This document shows positions 56,197-64,000 of a DNA stretch of 64,000 bases, in pieces. Numbering within the stretch: the first letter of the stretch is position 1; each line of letters opens with the position of its first letter. Under the pieces are notes generated by a model. The model was not told where the DNA came from. It did no database searches and saw only the letters and a list, made by a program, of their open reading frames with translations. A program made the position numbers and the translations under genes. Source of the DNA: Chitinophagales bacterium (lineage in GTDB: Bacteria; Bacteroidota; Bacteroidia; Chitinophagales; JABDMM01); NCBI GenBank assembly GCA_013001465.1, contig JABDMM010000029.1, forward strand, positions 11,385-75,384, read 5' to 3'.

Positions 56197-56564
56197 TCCC
56201 CTATCAGCCTTTCATCTTCAAAATATTGTACAACACGCTTTTTGATCAACTCCTCTTGCTCTTTCAAGTTAGATTTCGGGAATGGTTTAATGGTAGTATA
56301 GTGCGGCCAGCCCTCATCGTCCCTGCCTTGATATTCAAAATACCCATCTTGTGAAAAGAGCCGACAAATTGCGATGTGCATAAGGTCTTCTTTTTCTTCT
56401 TTTTCAAAACTATCTTTGATCATACCAAGCTCATTGATTCCGATAAGGTACAGAATGGCGTTTAGATCAGGGCGCTTTCCAAATCGATCTCGAACCAACC
56501 TCCTGACAGCGTACCACTTCATTAGAAACGGATCTTTGGGATTATTATCGAATAATATGGGCAC
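56193..56564 (-). CDS. Hypothetical protein
   Basis: 123 aa with a 4-nt overlap with xth. No motif recognised. Confidence 0.5.
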   Translation of the reverse strand: MPILFDNNPKDPFLMKWYAVRRLVRDRFGKRPDLNAILYLIGINELGMIKDSFEKEEKEDLMHIAICRLFSQDGYFEYQGRDDEGWPHYTTIKPFPKSNLKEQEELIKKRVVQYFEDERLIGE

Positions 56565-56579
56565 AGTATAAATTTAAAT

Positions 56580-56984
56580 ATGAAAGAATCTAAAGAACCA
56601 AAAGGGTTCCAAAAAGCCAAAAAAAGAGCCGAGGAGCTTCTTAAGAATACTCCTGAGGTTACGGATCTGTTAAACAAGACCGTCAAAAAACTCAAATTTA
56701 CAAACAACCAAAAACTTAATAAACTAAAGAACGAGATTATAACCTTGGTTCGGATGGTTAATGCCTGGGTAAATGGAAGATATCGATCTGTACCCTGGAA
56801 CACTATACTATTCGCCTGTGCTGCCCTGGTGTATTTTGTCAACCCTTTCGATCTTATCTTTGATGCAATCCCTTTTTTCGGACTTGTAGATGATATTACT
56901 GTTATCGGTTTCGTCGTTAATGCTATTCAAAAGGATATTGAAAAATTCAGGGTTTGGGAGAACGAGCAGGACGGCAGTGACTAG
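56580..56984 (+). CDS. DUF1232 (YkvA-family) membrane protein
   Basis: 134 aa. Contains VNPFDLIFDAIPFFGLVDDITVIGFV, the DUF1232 signature. Confidence 0.75.
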   Translation: MKESKEPKGFQKAKKRAEELLKNTPEVTDLLNKTVKKLKFTNNQKLNKLKNEIITLVRMVNAWVNGRYRSVPWNTILFACAALVYFVNPFDLIFDAIPFFGLVDDITVIGFVVNAIQKDIEKFRVWENEQDGSD

Positions 56985-57496
56985 ATCTTATCGCCGATCG
57001 GGTTCTCCGATAAAATATCTCTGAGGATCATCTGAAGAATATCAGAGTCAAGTTTTTCTATCAAGCCCAGAAGCGCTTCCTTTCTATCGGTTTCGTTTTT
57101 TATTCCAGTTGCCTGCTTTAACTCTTCTAACTGACTGCCACGGAGATGAAACTTTAATGTTCCTAAAATGTTGCTAGTGATCTTCTCTTCCTTTGCCGAA
57201 TCAGACATAGATTCGTATGTCCTTATCTGATCTATGATCTCCCTTAAAGTGGACTTAAACTTTTGAACTGAAGCTGGTAAGTTCCTGACTCTTTTAGGAT
57301 AGAGCTCTTCATAACTCACAACCTCTTCATAAGCTAATTTGGATAGCGTTTTTGAAAATTCATTTCCTGATCCTATCGCATTGTCAAGTATCTTTATTGT
57401 TGAACCCTTCCATGGATCTAACTCAAAACCTTCCTGCTCGATCTTGAGCAGTTGGTCGGATAAATAAGTTATGAGAGCCATTTTATCCATGCTCAA
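56981..57496 (-). CDS. Hypothetical protein
   Basis: 171 aa, soluble. No motif recognised. Confidence 0.45.
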   Translation of the reverse strand: MSMDKMALITYLSDQLLKIEQEGFELDPWKGSTIKILDNAIGSGNEFSKTLSKLAYEEVVSYEELYPKRVRNLPASVQKFKSTLREIIDQIRTYESMSDSAKEEKITSNILGTLKFHLRGSQLEELKQATGIKNETDRKEALLGLIEKLDSDILQMILRDILSENPIGDKI

Positions 57497-57717
57497 TACT
57501 CGACAAACGGATCCTCTTTAGAAGCAAAAATGAACACGAGACCCACTATTAGTAAGAATAAAGCAATGAGCCATGGAATGATATAACCCGTTTCCAGCAA
57601 GGTTATCTTATCCTGATTATACTCCAGATATGCTGAAGAATTTAAAAATAAAAAGATCAGGAAAATGTTCATTAGCAAACCTACAACTGTTAATATTCCT
57701 CCGATTACTTTAGACAT
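57493..57717 (-). CDS. Small 2-TM membrane protein (start uncertain)
   Basis: The ORF is open to 57846, but that start would overlap the divergent DUF1295 gene. The internal ATG at 57717 (MSKVIGG...) gives 74 aa. Alternative starts are at 57774 and 57846. Confidence 0.35.
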   Translation of the reverse strand: MSKVIGGILTVVGLLMNIFLIFLFLNSSAYLEYNQDKITLLETGYIIPWLIALFLLIVGLVFIFASKEDPFVEY

Positions 57718-57784
57718 GTTTTTATGATTTTCGAAAGCAAATTTAACAAGACATTCTATATTCGTGTTATTCATCGACACCTTT

Positions 57785-58672
57785 ATGAAAAAAAGTCTAT
57801 TATTTTCCTGGACAGCAATGTTCGTTGCATATAGCATAGCGATCATAAGCGCATATTTAATTTTTGAAGCTTTTAAGCTTCAATACTCTACCATAATTGC
57901 TCTCCTGATCGCAGATTTGGCGGCTACGATCATAATTTTTATTGCGAGCATGGTGCTAAATAATTCCAGTATGTATGATCCCTACTGGAGCGTTATTCCA
58001 CCTTTGATGGTATACCTGTTCATCGCCGAAGAAGGCGCGGGAGGGAATGAGATAAGACAAACGCTTGTTCTCATATTGGTGTCTTTTTGGGCAATTCGGC
58101 TGACCACAAATTTTTTGAGGGATTGGCCCGGACTCATTCATGAAGATTGGAGATACGTCGATTTCAGAAATAATAATCCAAAAACGTATTGGTTGATCTC
58201 ATTCTCAGGGATCCATTTTTTCCCCACTCTAATAGTGTTTTTAGCATGCCTGCCAGCTTTTATGGCTTGCAAGAGTGATGCGTCACTCAACGTATTGGAC
58301 TATTTGGCTGTATTAGTGACATTTGGAGCTGTGGTGATCGAATATATTTCAGATGAACAGATGCGAAATTATAAAAAGAGAGGTAATACCGGACCCGAAG
58401 CTATTATGGATAAGGGACTATGGAAATATTCCCGACATCCAAATTATTTTGGAGAAGTGGCATTTTGGGTTGGACTGTTCTTATTTGCAATAGCTGCAGA
58501 CTTCTCATATTGGTGGACGGGCGCAGGAGCCTTAGCTATGATTTTGCTTTTCGTCTTTATAAGTATACCAATGATGGATAAAAAAATGTTGAAGAAGCGG
58601 CCGGGGTTCGAAAAACAGATGAAATCTACTTCGGCACTGTTATTACTGCCAAGAAAAAGGAATGAGGAATAA
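57785..58672 (+). CDS. DUF1295 / steroid-5-alpha-reductase-like membrane protein
   Basis: Multi-TM, with YSRHPNYFGEVAFW. ATG at 57785 is preferred to the GTG at 57764. Confidence 0.75.
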   Translation: MKKSLLFSWTAMFVAYSIAIISAYLIFEAFKLQYSTIIALLIADLAATIIIFIASMVLNNSSMYDPYWSVIPPLMVYLFIAEEGAGGNEIRQTLVLILVSFWAIRLTTNFLRDWPGLIHEDWRYVDFRNNNPKTYWLISFSGIHFFPTLIVFLACLPAFMACKSDASLNVLDYLAVLVTFGAVVIEYISDEQMRNYKKRGNTGPEAIMDKGLWKYSRHPNYFGEVAFWVGLFLFAIAADFSYWWTGAGALAMILLFVFISIPMMDKKMLKKRPGFEKQMKSTSALLLLPRKRNEE

Positions 58673-60134
58673 ATTCATCATTTCAATAGATCAGGGAACA
58701 ACATCTTGCAGGACAATAATATTCGACCTTCAGGGGAAAGCAGTTTCATCCTCACAAAAAGAGTTTCAACAGATCATTCCCGAAAGTGGATGGGTTGAAC
58801 ACGACGCTAAGGAGATCTGGAGTGTCCAGTATCAAACCATTCTTGAAGCAATAAAAAAAGCTCAGATCGATGCAGACGATATTCTCACCATTGGTATCAC
58901 AAACCAGAGAGAAACGACGGCCATTTGGAGAAAAAGCACCGGAGAGCCTGTTTATAATGCTATCGTTTGGCAAGACAACAGAACCAGTAAGCGGTGCAGT
59001 AAGCTCGCTGAAGGAAGTCAACGTGACCGGATCGTATCGGCTACGGGACTAATACCGGATTCCTATTTTTCCGCAAGTAAAATAGAATGGATCCTCAAAA
59101 ACATTGTTAAACCGAATAATCTACCCATTGAAGATCTTGCATTCGGGACTATCGACTCCTGGTTGTTGTGGAATTTAACAGGTGGTGAAGTACACGCTAC
59201 CGACTATAGCAATGCTTCAAGAACAATGCTTTTCAATATCAACTCGCTTCAATGGGATAAAGAAATGCTTACACTGTTTAATATTCCCTCTCATATTTTA
59301 CCTGAAGTAAAGGACTCATCAACACTGTTTGGATATACAGTTGAAAATTTGTTAGACAATGTAAAAATTCCAATCAGCGGAATTTTGGGCGATCAGCAAG
59401 CTGCTTTGTATGGACAAGATTGTTTTCAGATAGGAATGGCAAAAAACACATATGGAACAGGCTGTTTTATCCTCGCAAATACTGGCTCAAAACCATTTAA
59501 ATCAAATCATGGACTGTTGACAACGATAGCATGGAAAACCGGCAAAAAGGTTGTTTATGCTTTAGAAGGGAGTGTTTTTAATGCAGGATCTGCAATTAAT
59601 TGGTTCGTTGATGAACTTGGATTAGCTGCAAACGTTCAGGAAACATCAGGCATAGCTGCAAGTATCCAAGGTTCTGATGGCGTTTTTGTGATTCCCGCTT
59701 TTTCAGGACTTGGGAGTCCTTATTGGGACATGAATTCAAGAGCAGCCATTCTGGGTTTAAGTAGAAAACACGGGAAATCACACATCATTAGAGCGCTTCT
59801 TGAGTCTCTTGCTTTTCGATCAGCGGATGTTCTCAAAGCAATGGAAAAAGATACAGGTGAAAAAATAAACAAACTGAAGGTGGATGGAGGTGTTTGTAAA
59901 AATGATTTCCTGTTACAGTTTCAAGCAGACATTCTTGGAATAGAAGTATGCAGACCTGAATTTATCGAGACAACCGCCCTGGGTGCAGCTAAAGTAGCGG
60001 CACACTATTTTAATGAACTGAAAGAATCAGATAACGATACTATTCATTCATTTTATCCGGAGATGGATAAAACCATGAGAGAAAAACATTACGAAGACTG
60101 GTTGAAAGCAGTTAAAAGAATTCTCAGTACTTAA
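58662..60134 (+). CDS. glpK: Glycerol kinase
   Basis: 490 aa. The start is IISIDQGTTSCRTIIFD, with NQRETTAIW and full-length GlpK-like sequence. Confidence 0.95.
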   Translation: MRNKFIISIDQGTTSCRTIIFDLQGKAVSSSQKEFQQIIPESGWVEHDAKEIWSVQYQTILEAIKKAQIDADDILTIGITNQRETTAIWRKSTGEPVYNAIVWQDNRTSKRCSKLAEGSQRDRIVSATGLIPDSYFSASKIEWILKNIVKPNNLPIEDLAFGTIDSWLLWNLTGGEVHATDYSNASRTMLFNINSLQWDKEMLTLFNIPSHILPEVKDSSTLFGYTVENLLDNVKIPISGILGDQQAALYGQDCFQIGMAKNTYGTGCFILANTGSKPFKSNHGLLTTIAWKTGKKVVYALEGSVFNAGSAINWFVDELGLAANVQETSGIAASIQGSDGVFVIPAFSGLGSPYWDMNSRAAILGLSRKHGKSHIIRALLESLAFRSADVLKAMEKDTGEKINKLKVDGGVCKNDFLLQFQADILGIEVCRPEFIETTALGAAKVAAHYFNELKESDNDTIHSFYPEMDKTMREKHYEDWLKAVKRILST

Positions 60135-61399
60135 GAGATTGTCTTAAAGCCTGTATATGGTTGCAGAACTTCAGGAATAATAATACCTTGATCGGTTTGA
60201 TTGTTTTCCAAAAGTGCAGCGACAATTCTTGGAAGGGCGATCGCGCTTCCATTTAAAGTGTGAGCCAGAATATTTTTCTTATCCCGATTCTTATATCTCA
60301 ATTTAAGCCTGTTTGATTGAAAAGCTTCAAAGTTACTAATAGAGCTCACCTCCAACCATTTCTCCTGGGCAACAGAGTAAACCTCCATGTCATAAGTAAG
60401 AGCAGAAGTAAAACCCAGATCTCCTGAACACAACCTGGCTATTCTGTATGTGAGTCCAAGCTTAGACACCAAACCTTCCACATAAGAGACCATCTCATCT
60501 AAAGTAGCGTAGGATTTATCCGGATGTTGGATCTGTACTATTTCTACTTTGTCGAACTGGTGAACTCTGTTGAGCCCCCTCACATCTTTACCGTAAGACC
60601 CTGCCTCTCTTCTAAAGCATGGGGTATAACCAACCATTTTCACCGGGAAATCTTCTTCTACAAGAATTCGGTCCCTATATAAGTTTGTAATTGGAACTTC
60701 TGCGGTAGGAATCAGATAGAATGGATCCTCTTTCATTTCATACATCTGACCTTCTTTGTCAGGAAGTTGTCCCGTCGCAAATGCTGTCTCTCCATTGACG
60801 AGCAGAGGTGGAATTACTTCTGTATACCCTGCTTCTATTGCACTGTCCAGAAACCAGTTGATCAATGCTCTTTGTAGTTTAGCTCCCTTTTCAAGATATA
60901 CTGGGAAGCCCGCCCCAGTAAGCTTTGACCCTAAATCAAGATCGAAGAGCTTGTACTTATCCGCCAGATCCCAATGAGGTACTGCATTGTTGATCTCTCT
61001 TGGCTCACCAGATTTCTTTATGATCTCATTGTCCTGATCTGTATTTCCTTTCGGCACACTCTCATGAGGTGCATTTGGAATGGTTACTAGTAGATCCCTT
61101 ATTTCTTCTTCAGTTTTAGAAAGAGAAGAGTCAATCTCTTTGATCGACTCCTTTAGTTTAGTTGTTTCATTTTTTATCGACTCTGCTTCTTTCGTTTTTC
61201 CCTCTTTATACAAGTCACCGATCGATTTTGACTTGGAGTTCATATCGGATTGCAGCTCATTTAATCGATGCTGGGCTTCTTTTCTTGCATCATCCAACGC
61301 AATGACACTATCAAGTTTGTCTGCAAAGTCTTCAGACCGCTTTGCCAACCTTTTCTTTAGCTCTTCCGTATTATTTCTAATATCACTTAACTGTAACAT
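60131..61399 (-). CDS. serS: Serine--tRNA ligase
   Basis: 422 aa. N-terminal coiled-coil arm plus class II motifs (FRREAGS, GSAIALPR). Confidence 0.95.
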   Translation of the reverse strand: MLQLSDIRNNTEELKKRLAKRSEDFADKLDSVIALDDARKEAQHRLNELQSDMNSKSKSIGDLYKEGKTKEAESIKNETTKLKESIKEIDSSLSKTEEEIRDLLVTIPNAPHESVPKGNTDQDNEIIKKSGEPREINNAVPHWDLADKYKLFDLDLGSKLTGAGFPVYLEKGAKLQRALINWFLDSAIEAGYTEVIPPLLVNGETAFATGQLPDKEGQMYEMKEDPFYLIPTAEVPITNLYRDRILVEEDFPVKMVGYTPCFRREAGSYGKDVRGLNRVHQFDKVEIVQIQHPDKSYATLDEMVSYVEGLVSKLGLTYRIARLCSGDLGFTSALTYDMEVYSVAQEKWLEVSSISNFEAFQSNRLKLRYKNRDKKNILAHTLNGSAIALPRIVAALLENNQTDQGIIIPEVLQPYTGFKTIS

Positions 61400-61420
61400 T
61401 CTTCTTTATAATTAAGTGGG

Positions 61421-61428
61421 CAAATTTA
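61421..61428 (-). promoter_or_regulatory. -7 box TAAATTTG for serS
   Basis: Exact TAnnTTTG on the minus strand, 21 nt upstream of the serS ATG at 61399. Confidence 0.45.
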
Positions 61429-61638
61429 ATGCTTACATATGTAAGCGGGAGTGCCATATTTAACAAATTTTCATAATTTTATTGTTGGGTAGGAAAAGAT
61501 TGGTTAACATTGCACCATATTCGTTTATTCTACCGAAGATATTTTCTTAATAATCTCCAATATATAATCAAAGAAATTTTCAATTGGGCGCTTGTCCAAA
61601 CACTTTTCTTTATTGCTTAACACTAATAATCCATCTCC

Positions 61639-63228
61639 ATGTACGACATTTTGCAGCTGAATGAAATGATTCTACCTGAATTAAAAGAAATTGCAGGTGA
61701 TTTGAAAATCAAGAATGCAAAGAACCTTGAAAAAACTGAGCTTATCCATAAGATTTTAGATGCTCAAGCTCTGCAGCCCGAAGATGTGGCAAAGCAGGCT
61801 AAAAGTAATGAGGCCGAAGCAAAGCCAGAAAAAAAGAAGGCCGCCAGGAAGGTTAGAGCAAAAAAACCCACGGAAGAACCTGCAACGGTAGAACTTGAGT
61901 TGAACCTGGAAGAAACTCCGGTTGCTGAAATTCCGCAAGCAAAAGAAAATAAAGAGGAAAATAAAGAGGAAGATAAAAGTGAAGAAAAGCGCCCTGAGAG
62001 AACAGACGACATTCGGAAGGAAGACAAACATTCTGAAAGGAAAGAAAGAAAAAGAGGCGAAGACGAAAGACCAATTAAGAGAGAAAAGAAAAAACCAAAG
62101 TTCAATGTAGAACTGGATGGTGTTATAGATGGACAAGGTGTCCTCGAAATGATGCAAGATGGCTATGGTTTTTTAAGATCTTCAGACTATAATTATTTGA
62201 CGTCACCCGATGATATTTATGTTTCACCTTCTCAGATCAAATTGTTTGGTCTTAAAACAGGCGATACAGTTTGGGGAGCAATTAGACCACCTAAAGAGGG
62301 TGAAAAATACTTTGCCCTTTTAAAAGTTGAAACGATTAATGGTAGAAAGCCTGAAGAGGTTCGTGACAGAGTGCCTTTTGACTACCTGACACCTCTTTTC
62401 CCTTTTGAAAAGTATAGTCTGACTATTGATGCCAAAAAATATGTGACAAGGATCATTGACTTGTTTACACCGATTGGAAAAGGTCAGAGGGGAATGGTCG
62501 TAGCACAACCAAAGACTGGAAAGACAACCATTTTGAAGGATGTTGCAAATTCAATTGCTGAAAATCATCCGGAGGCATATTTATTGATCCTGTTGATCGA
62601 CGAGAGACCTGAAGAGGTAACAGATATGCAGCGTAGTGTGAATGGTGAGGTTATCGCATCCACATTTGATGAACCTGCAGATCGTCACGTTAAAGTTTCA
62701 GATATTGTTTTGCAGAAAGCTAAAAGATTGGTCGAATGTGGCCATGATGTTGTAATCCTGATGGACTCGATAACGCGTCTCGCAAGAGCACACAACACTG
62801 TAGCACCTTCTTCCGGAAAAGTACTCTCAGGAGGGGTCGAAGCAAATGCACTTCATAAACCAAAACAGTTCTTCGGAGCAGCTAGAAAAATTGAAAATGG
62901 TGGTTCACTTACCATCATTGCAACAGCGTTGATTGAAACGGGATCGAAAATGGACGAAGTTATCTTCGAGGAATTCAAAGGGACTGGTAATATGGAACTT
63001 CAACTCGACAGAAGACTTTCTAACAAGAGGATCTATCCTGCGATCGATGTTATTGCATCAAGCACCAGAAGAGAAGACCTGCTTCTGGATAAGGATATTT
63101 TACAAAGAATGTTAATACTCCGAAATCACATCGGAGATATGAATACGGAGGAAGCTATGCAGTTTCTACTACAACATATGAGAGGAACAAAGTCTAACGA
63201 AGAGTTTATGATTTCAATGAATGGCTAA
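61639..63228 (+). CDS. rho: Transcription termination factor Rho with K/E-rich N-terminal insertion
   Basis: 529 aa. Rho N-terminal helix bundle, a charged low-complexity insert of about 110 aa, an RNA-binding domain (GYGFLR), Walker A (PKTGKT) and a RecA core. Confidence 0.95.
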   Translation: MYDILQLNEMILPELKEIAGDLKIKNAKNLEKTELIHKILDAQALQPEDVAKQAKSNEAEAKPEKKKAARKVRAKKPTEEPATVELELNLEETPVAEIPQAKENKEENKEEDKSEEKRPERTDDIRKEDKHSERKERKRGEDERPIKREKKKPKFNVELDGVIDGQGVLEMMQDGYGFLRSSDYNYLTSPDDIYVSPSQIKLFGLKTGDTVWGAIRPPKEGEKYFALLKVETINGRKPEEVRDRVPFDYLTPLFPFEKYSLTIDAKKYVTRIIDLFTPIGKGQRGMVVAQPKTGKTTILKDVANSIAENHPEAYLLILLIDERPEEVTDMQRSVNGEVIASTFDEPADRHVKVSDIVLQKAKRLVECGHDVVILMDSITRLARAHNTVAPSSGKVLSGGVEANALHKPKQFFGAARKIENGGSLTIIATALIETGSKMDEVIFEEFKGTGNMELQLDRRLSNKRIYPAIDVIASSTRREDLLLDKDILQRMLILRNHIGDMNTEEAMQFLLQHMRGTKSNEEFMISMNG

Positions 63229-63266
63229 ATTTCATTCTAAAAGTTAGTTCGGAAATAAATTTATTT

Positions 63267-63274
63267 TAACTTTG
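63267..63274 (+). promoter_or_regulatory. -7 box TAACTTTG for rpmH-rnpA-yidD
   Basis: Exact TAnnTTTG, 24 nt upstream of the rpmH ATG at 63299. Confidence 0.4.
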
Positions 63275-63298
63275 CTCTCCATTTAAAAAGGATGAAGA

Positions 63299-63454
63299 AT
63301 GAAAAGGACGTTCCAGCCTTCAAATACCAAGAGAAAAAACAAGCACGGTTTTCGTGAAAGAATGAAAACTAAACATGGAAGAGATATCCTTTCAAGGAGA
63401 AGAGCAAAAGGAAGGAAAAAACTCACCGTTTCCGAGGAAGGCGGACTTAAATAA
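63299..63454 (+). CDS. rpmH: 50S ribosomal protein L34
   Basis: Own translation (51 aa, below the track cutoff): [51 protein letters not shown]. This is the canonical L34 sequence. Confidence 0.9.
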   Translation: MKRTFQPSNTKRKNKHGFRERMKTKHGRDILSRRRAKGRKKLTVSEEGGLK

Positions 63455-63851
63455 GCCTGACCCTACCAGAAGAAATACGTTTAATAAATCCGAGCATCTT
63501 AAAAGTTTTAATTCTATCCGTCGGATCTTTCGCTCCGGACACACTGTACGTGATTTTCCCATCACTGTACGGTGGATAAGCGAGGATAGCGCCGAACCGG
63601 AGTTTCTCATTGGATTTAGTGTTCCCAAAAGACATTTCCCGAAAGCAAAAGATCGAAATTTTATTAAAAGAAGGTTGCGTGAAGCTTATAGGCTTAATAA
63701 GTATGTCCTTTCGGACAGATTAAAGACTCCACAAATACACTCCATCATGTTTATCTATGGCTCAAACAAATGTTTGGGTTTTGAAGAGATCCAAAGCAAA
63801 CTAATTTCTTGTTTAATGCGTTTGGCAAAAAGTATAGATGGAAACGATTAA
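63375..63851 (+). CDS. rnpA: Ribonuclease P protein component
   Basis: RnpA homology runs from about residue 33: FNKSEHLKS...FPITVRW...[31 protein letters not shown]. The only canonical start in frame is ATG at 63375, inside rpmH. Confidence 0.75.
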   Translation: MEEISFQGEEQKEGKNSPFPRKADLNKPDPTRRNTFNKSEHLKSFNSIRRIFRSGHTVRDFPITVRWISEDSAEPEFLIGFSVPKRHFPKAKDRNFIKRRLREAYRLNKYVLSDRLKTPQIHSIMFIYGSNKCLGFEEIQSKLISCLMRLAKSIDGND

Positions 63852-64000
63852 AAAACTTTTAGAGTGGTTCTTGATAACCCTTGTAAGAATTTATAGGAGC
63901 GTAATATCCCCTTGGCTTCCTGCTTCTTGTCGATACACTCCAACCTGTTCGCAGTATGCGATCGATTCAATTAAAAAATTCGGACCCATTAAAGGACTTT
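63837..64000 (+). CDS. yidD: Membrane protein insertion efficiency factor YidD (partial, runs off window end)
   Basis: Own translation: [54 protein letters not shown], with the CR(F/Y)xPTCSxYA signature. It overlaps the rnpA end by 15 nt. Confidence 0.8.

Noticed and set aside
61756-62157. Four overlapping ORFs (three minus, one plus) in the rho 5' region
   Set aside because: They are artefacts of the purine-rich K/E low-complexity insert of Rho. The Rho frame has unambiguous homology on both sides.
1-64000. Search for CRISPR arrays, tandem intergenic repeats, transposases, integrases, phage genes, rRNA/tRNA
   Set aside because: No regularly spaced direct repeats, no recombinase or transposase motifs in any ORF, and no structured-RNA gene were recognised by eye. 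The scan was manual, so short or degenerate elements could be missed.

Overview
AT-rich, tightly packed chromosomal window that looks like Bacteroidota, probably Flavobacteriia-like. This is inferred from a T9SS C-terminal sorting domain, a short primary sigma factor, a Rho with a K/E-rich N-terminal insertion, TAnnTTTG -7 boxes and the gene content. About 60 protein genes are mostly housekeeping: hflX (partial), purF, mscL, rpoD, panD, nadD, idi, mnmG, ybeY, xth, glpK, serS, rho, rpmH-rnpA-yidD. The rest are envelope or secreted proteins, peptidases and conserved unknowns. I found no rRNA, tRNA, CRISPR array, transposase, integrase or phage gene by eye. The best candidate for an undescribed system is a six-gene minus-strand operon at 31108-37952. 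It encodes two adjacent KASIII-type thiolases, an acyl-CoA synthetase, a crotonyl-CoA carboxylase/reductase homologue, PanD and a stand-alone NRPS/DltA-type adenylation enzyme, with no carrier protein. Its gene order parallels the lipstatin and nocardiolactone beta-lactone operons, so I propose an orphan lipid or polyketide-like pathway that uses beta-alanine. This is inference, not shown. Other points: (1) a lipid kinase whose conserved N-terminus has no canonical start and lies in frame behind the stop of the upstream MFS gene; (2) rnpA can only start canonically inside rpmH, an 80-nt overlap; (3) a membrane Ser/Thr-kinase homologue lacks the HRD and DFG aspartates, so it is a predicted pseudokinase; (4) seven of eight convergent gene junctions have 0-2 nt spacing or overlap; (5) a 777-bp very AT-rich non-coding gap; (6) several perfect palindromes or hairpins in regulatory positions. 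All product calls rest on motif recognition by eye. No database search was possible.
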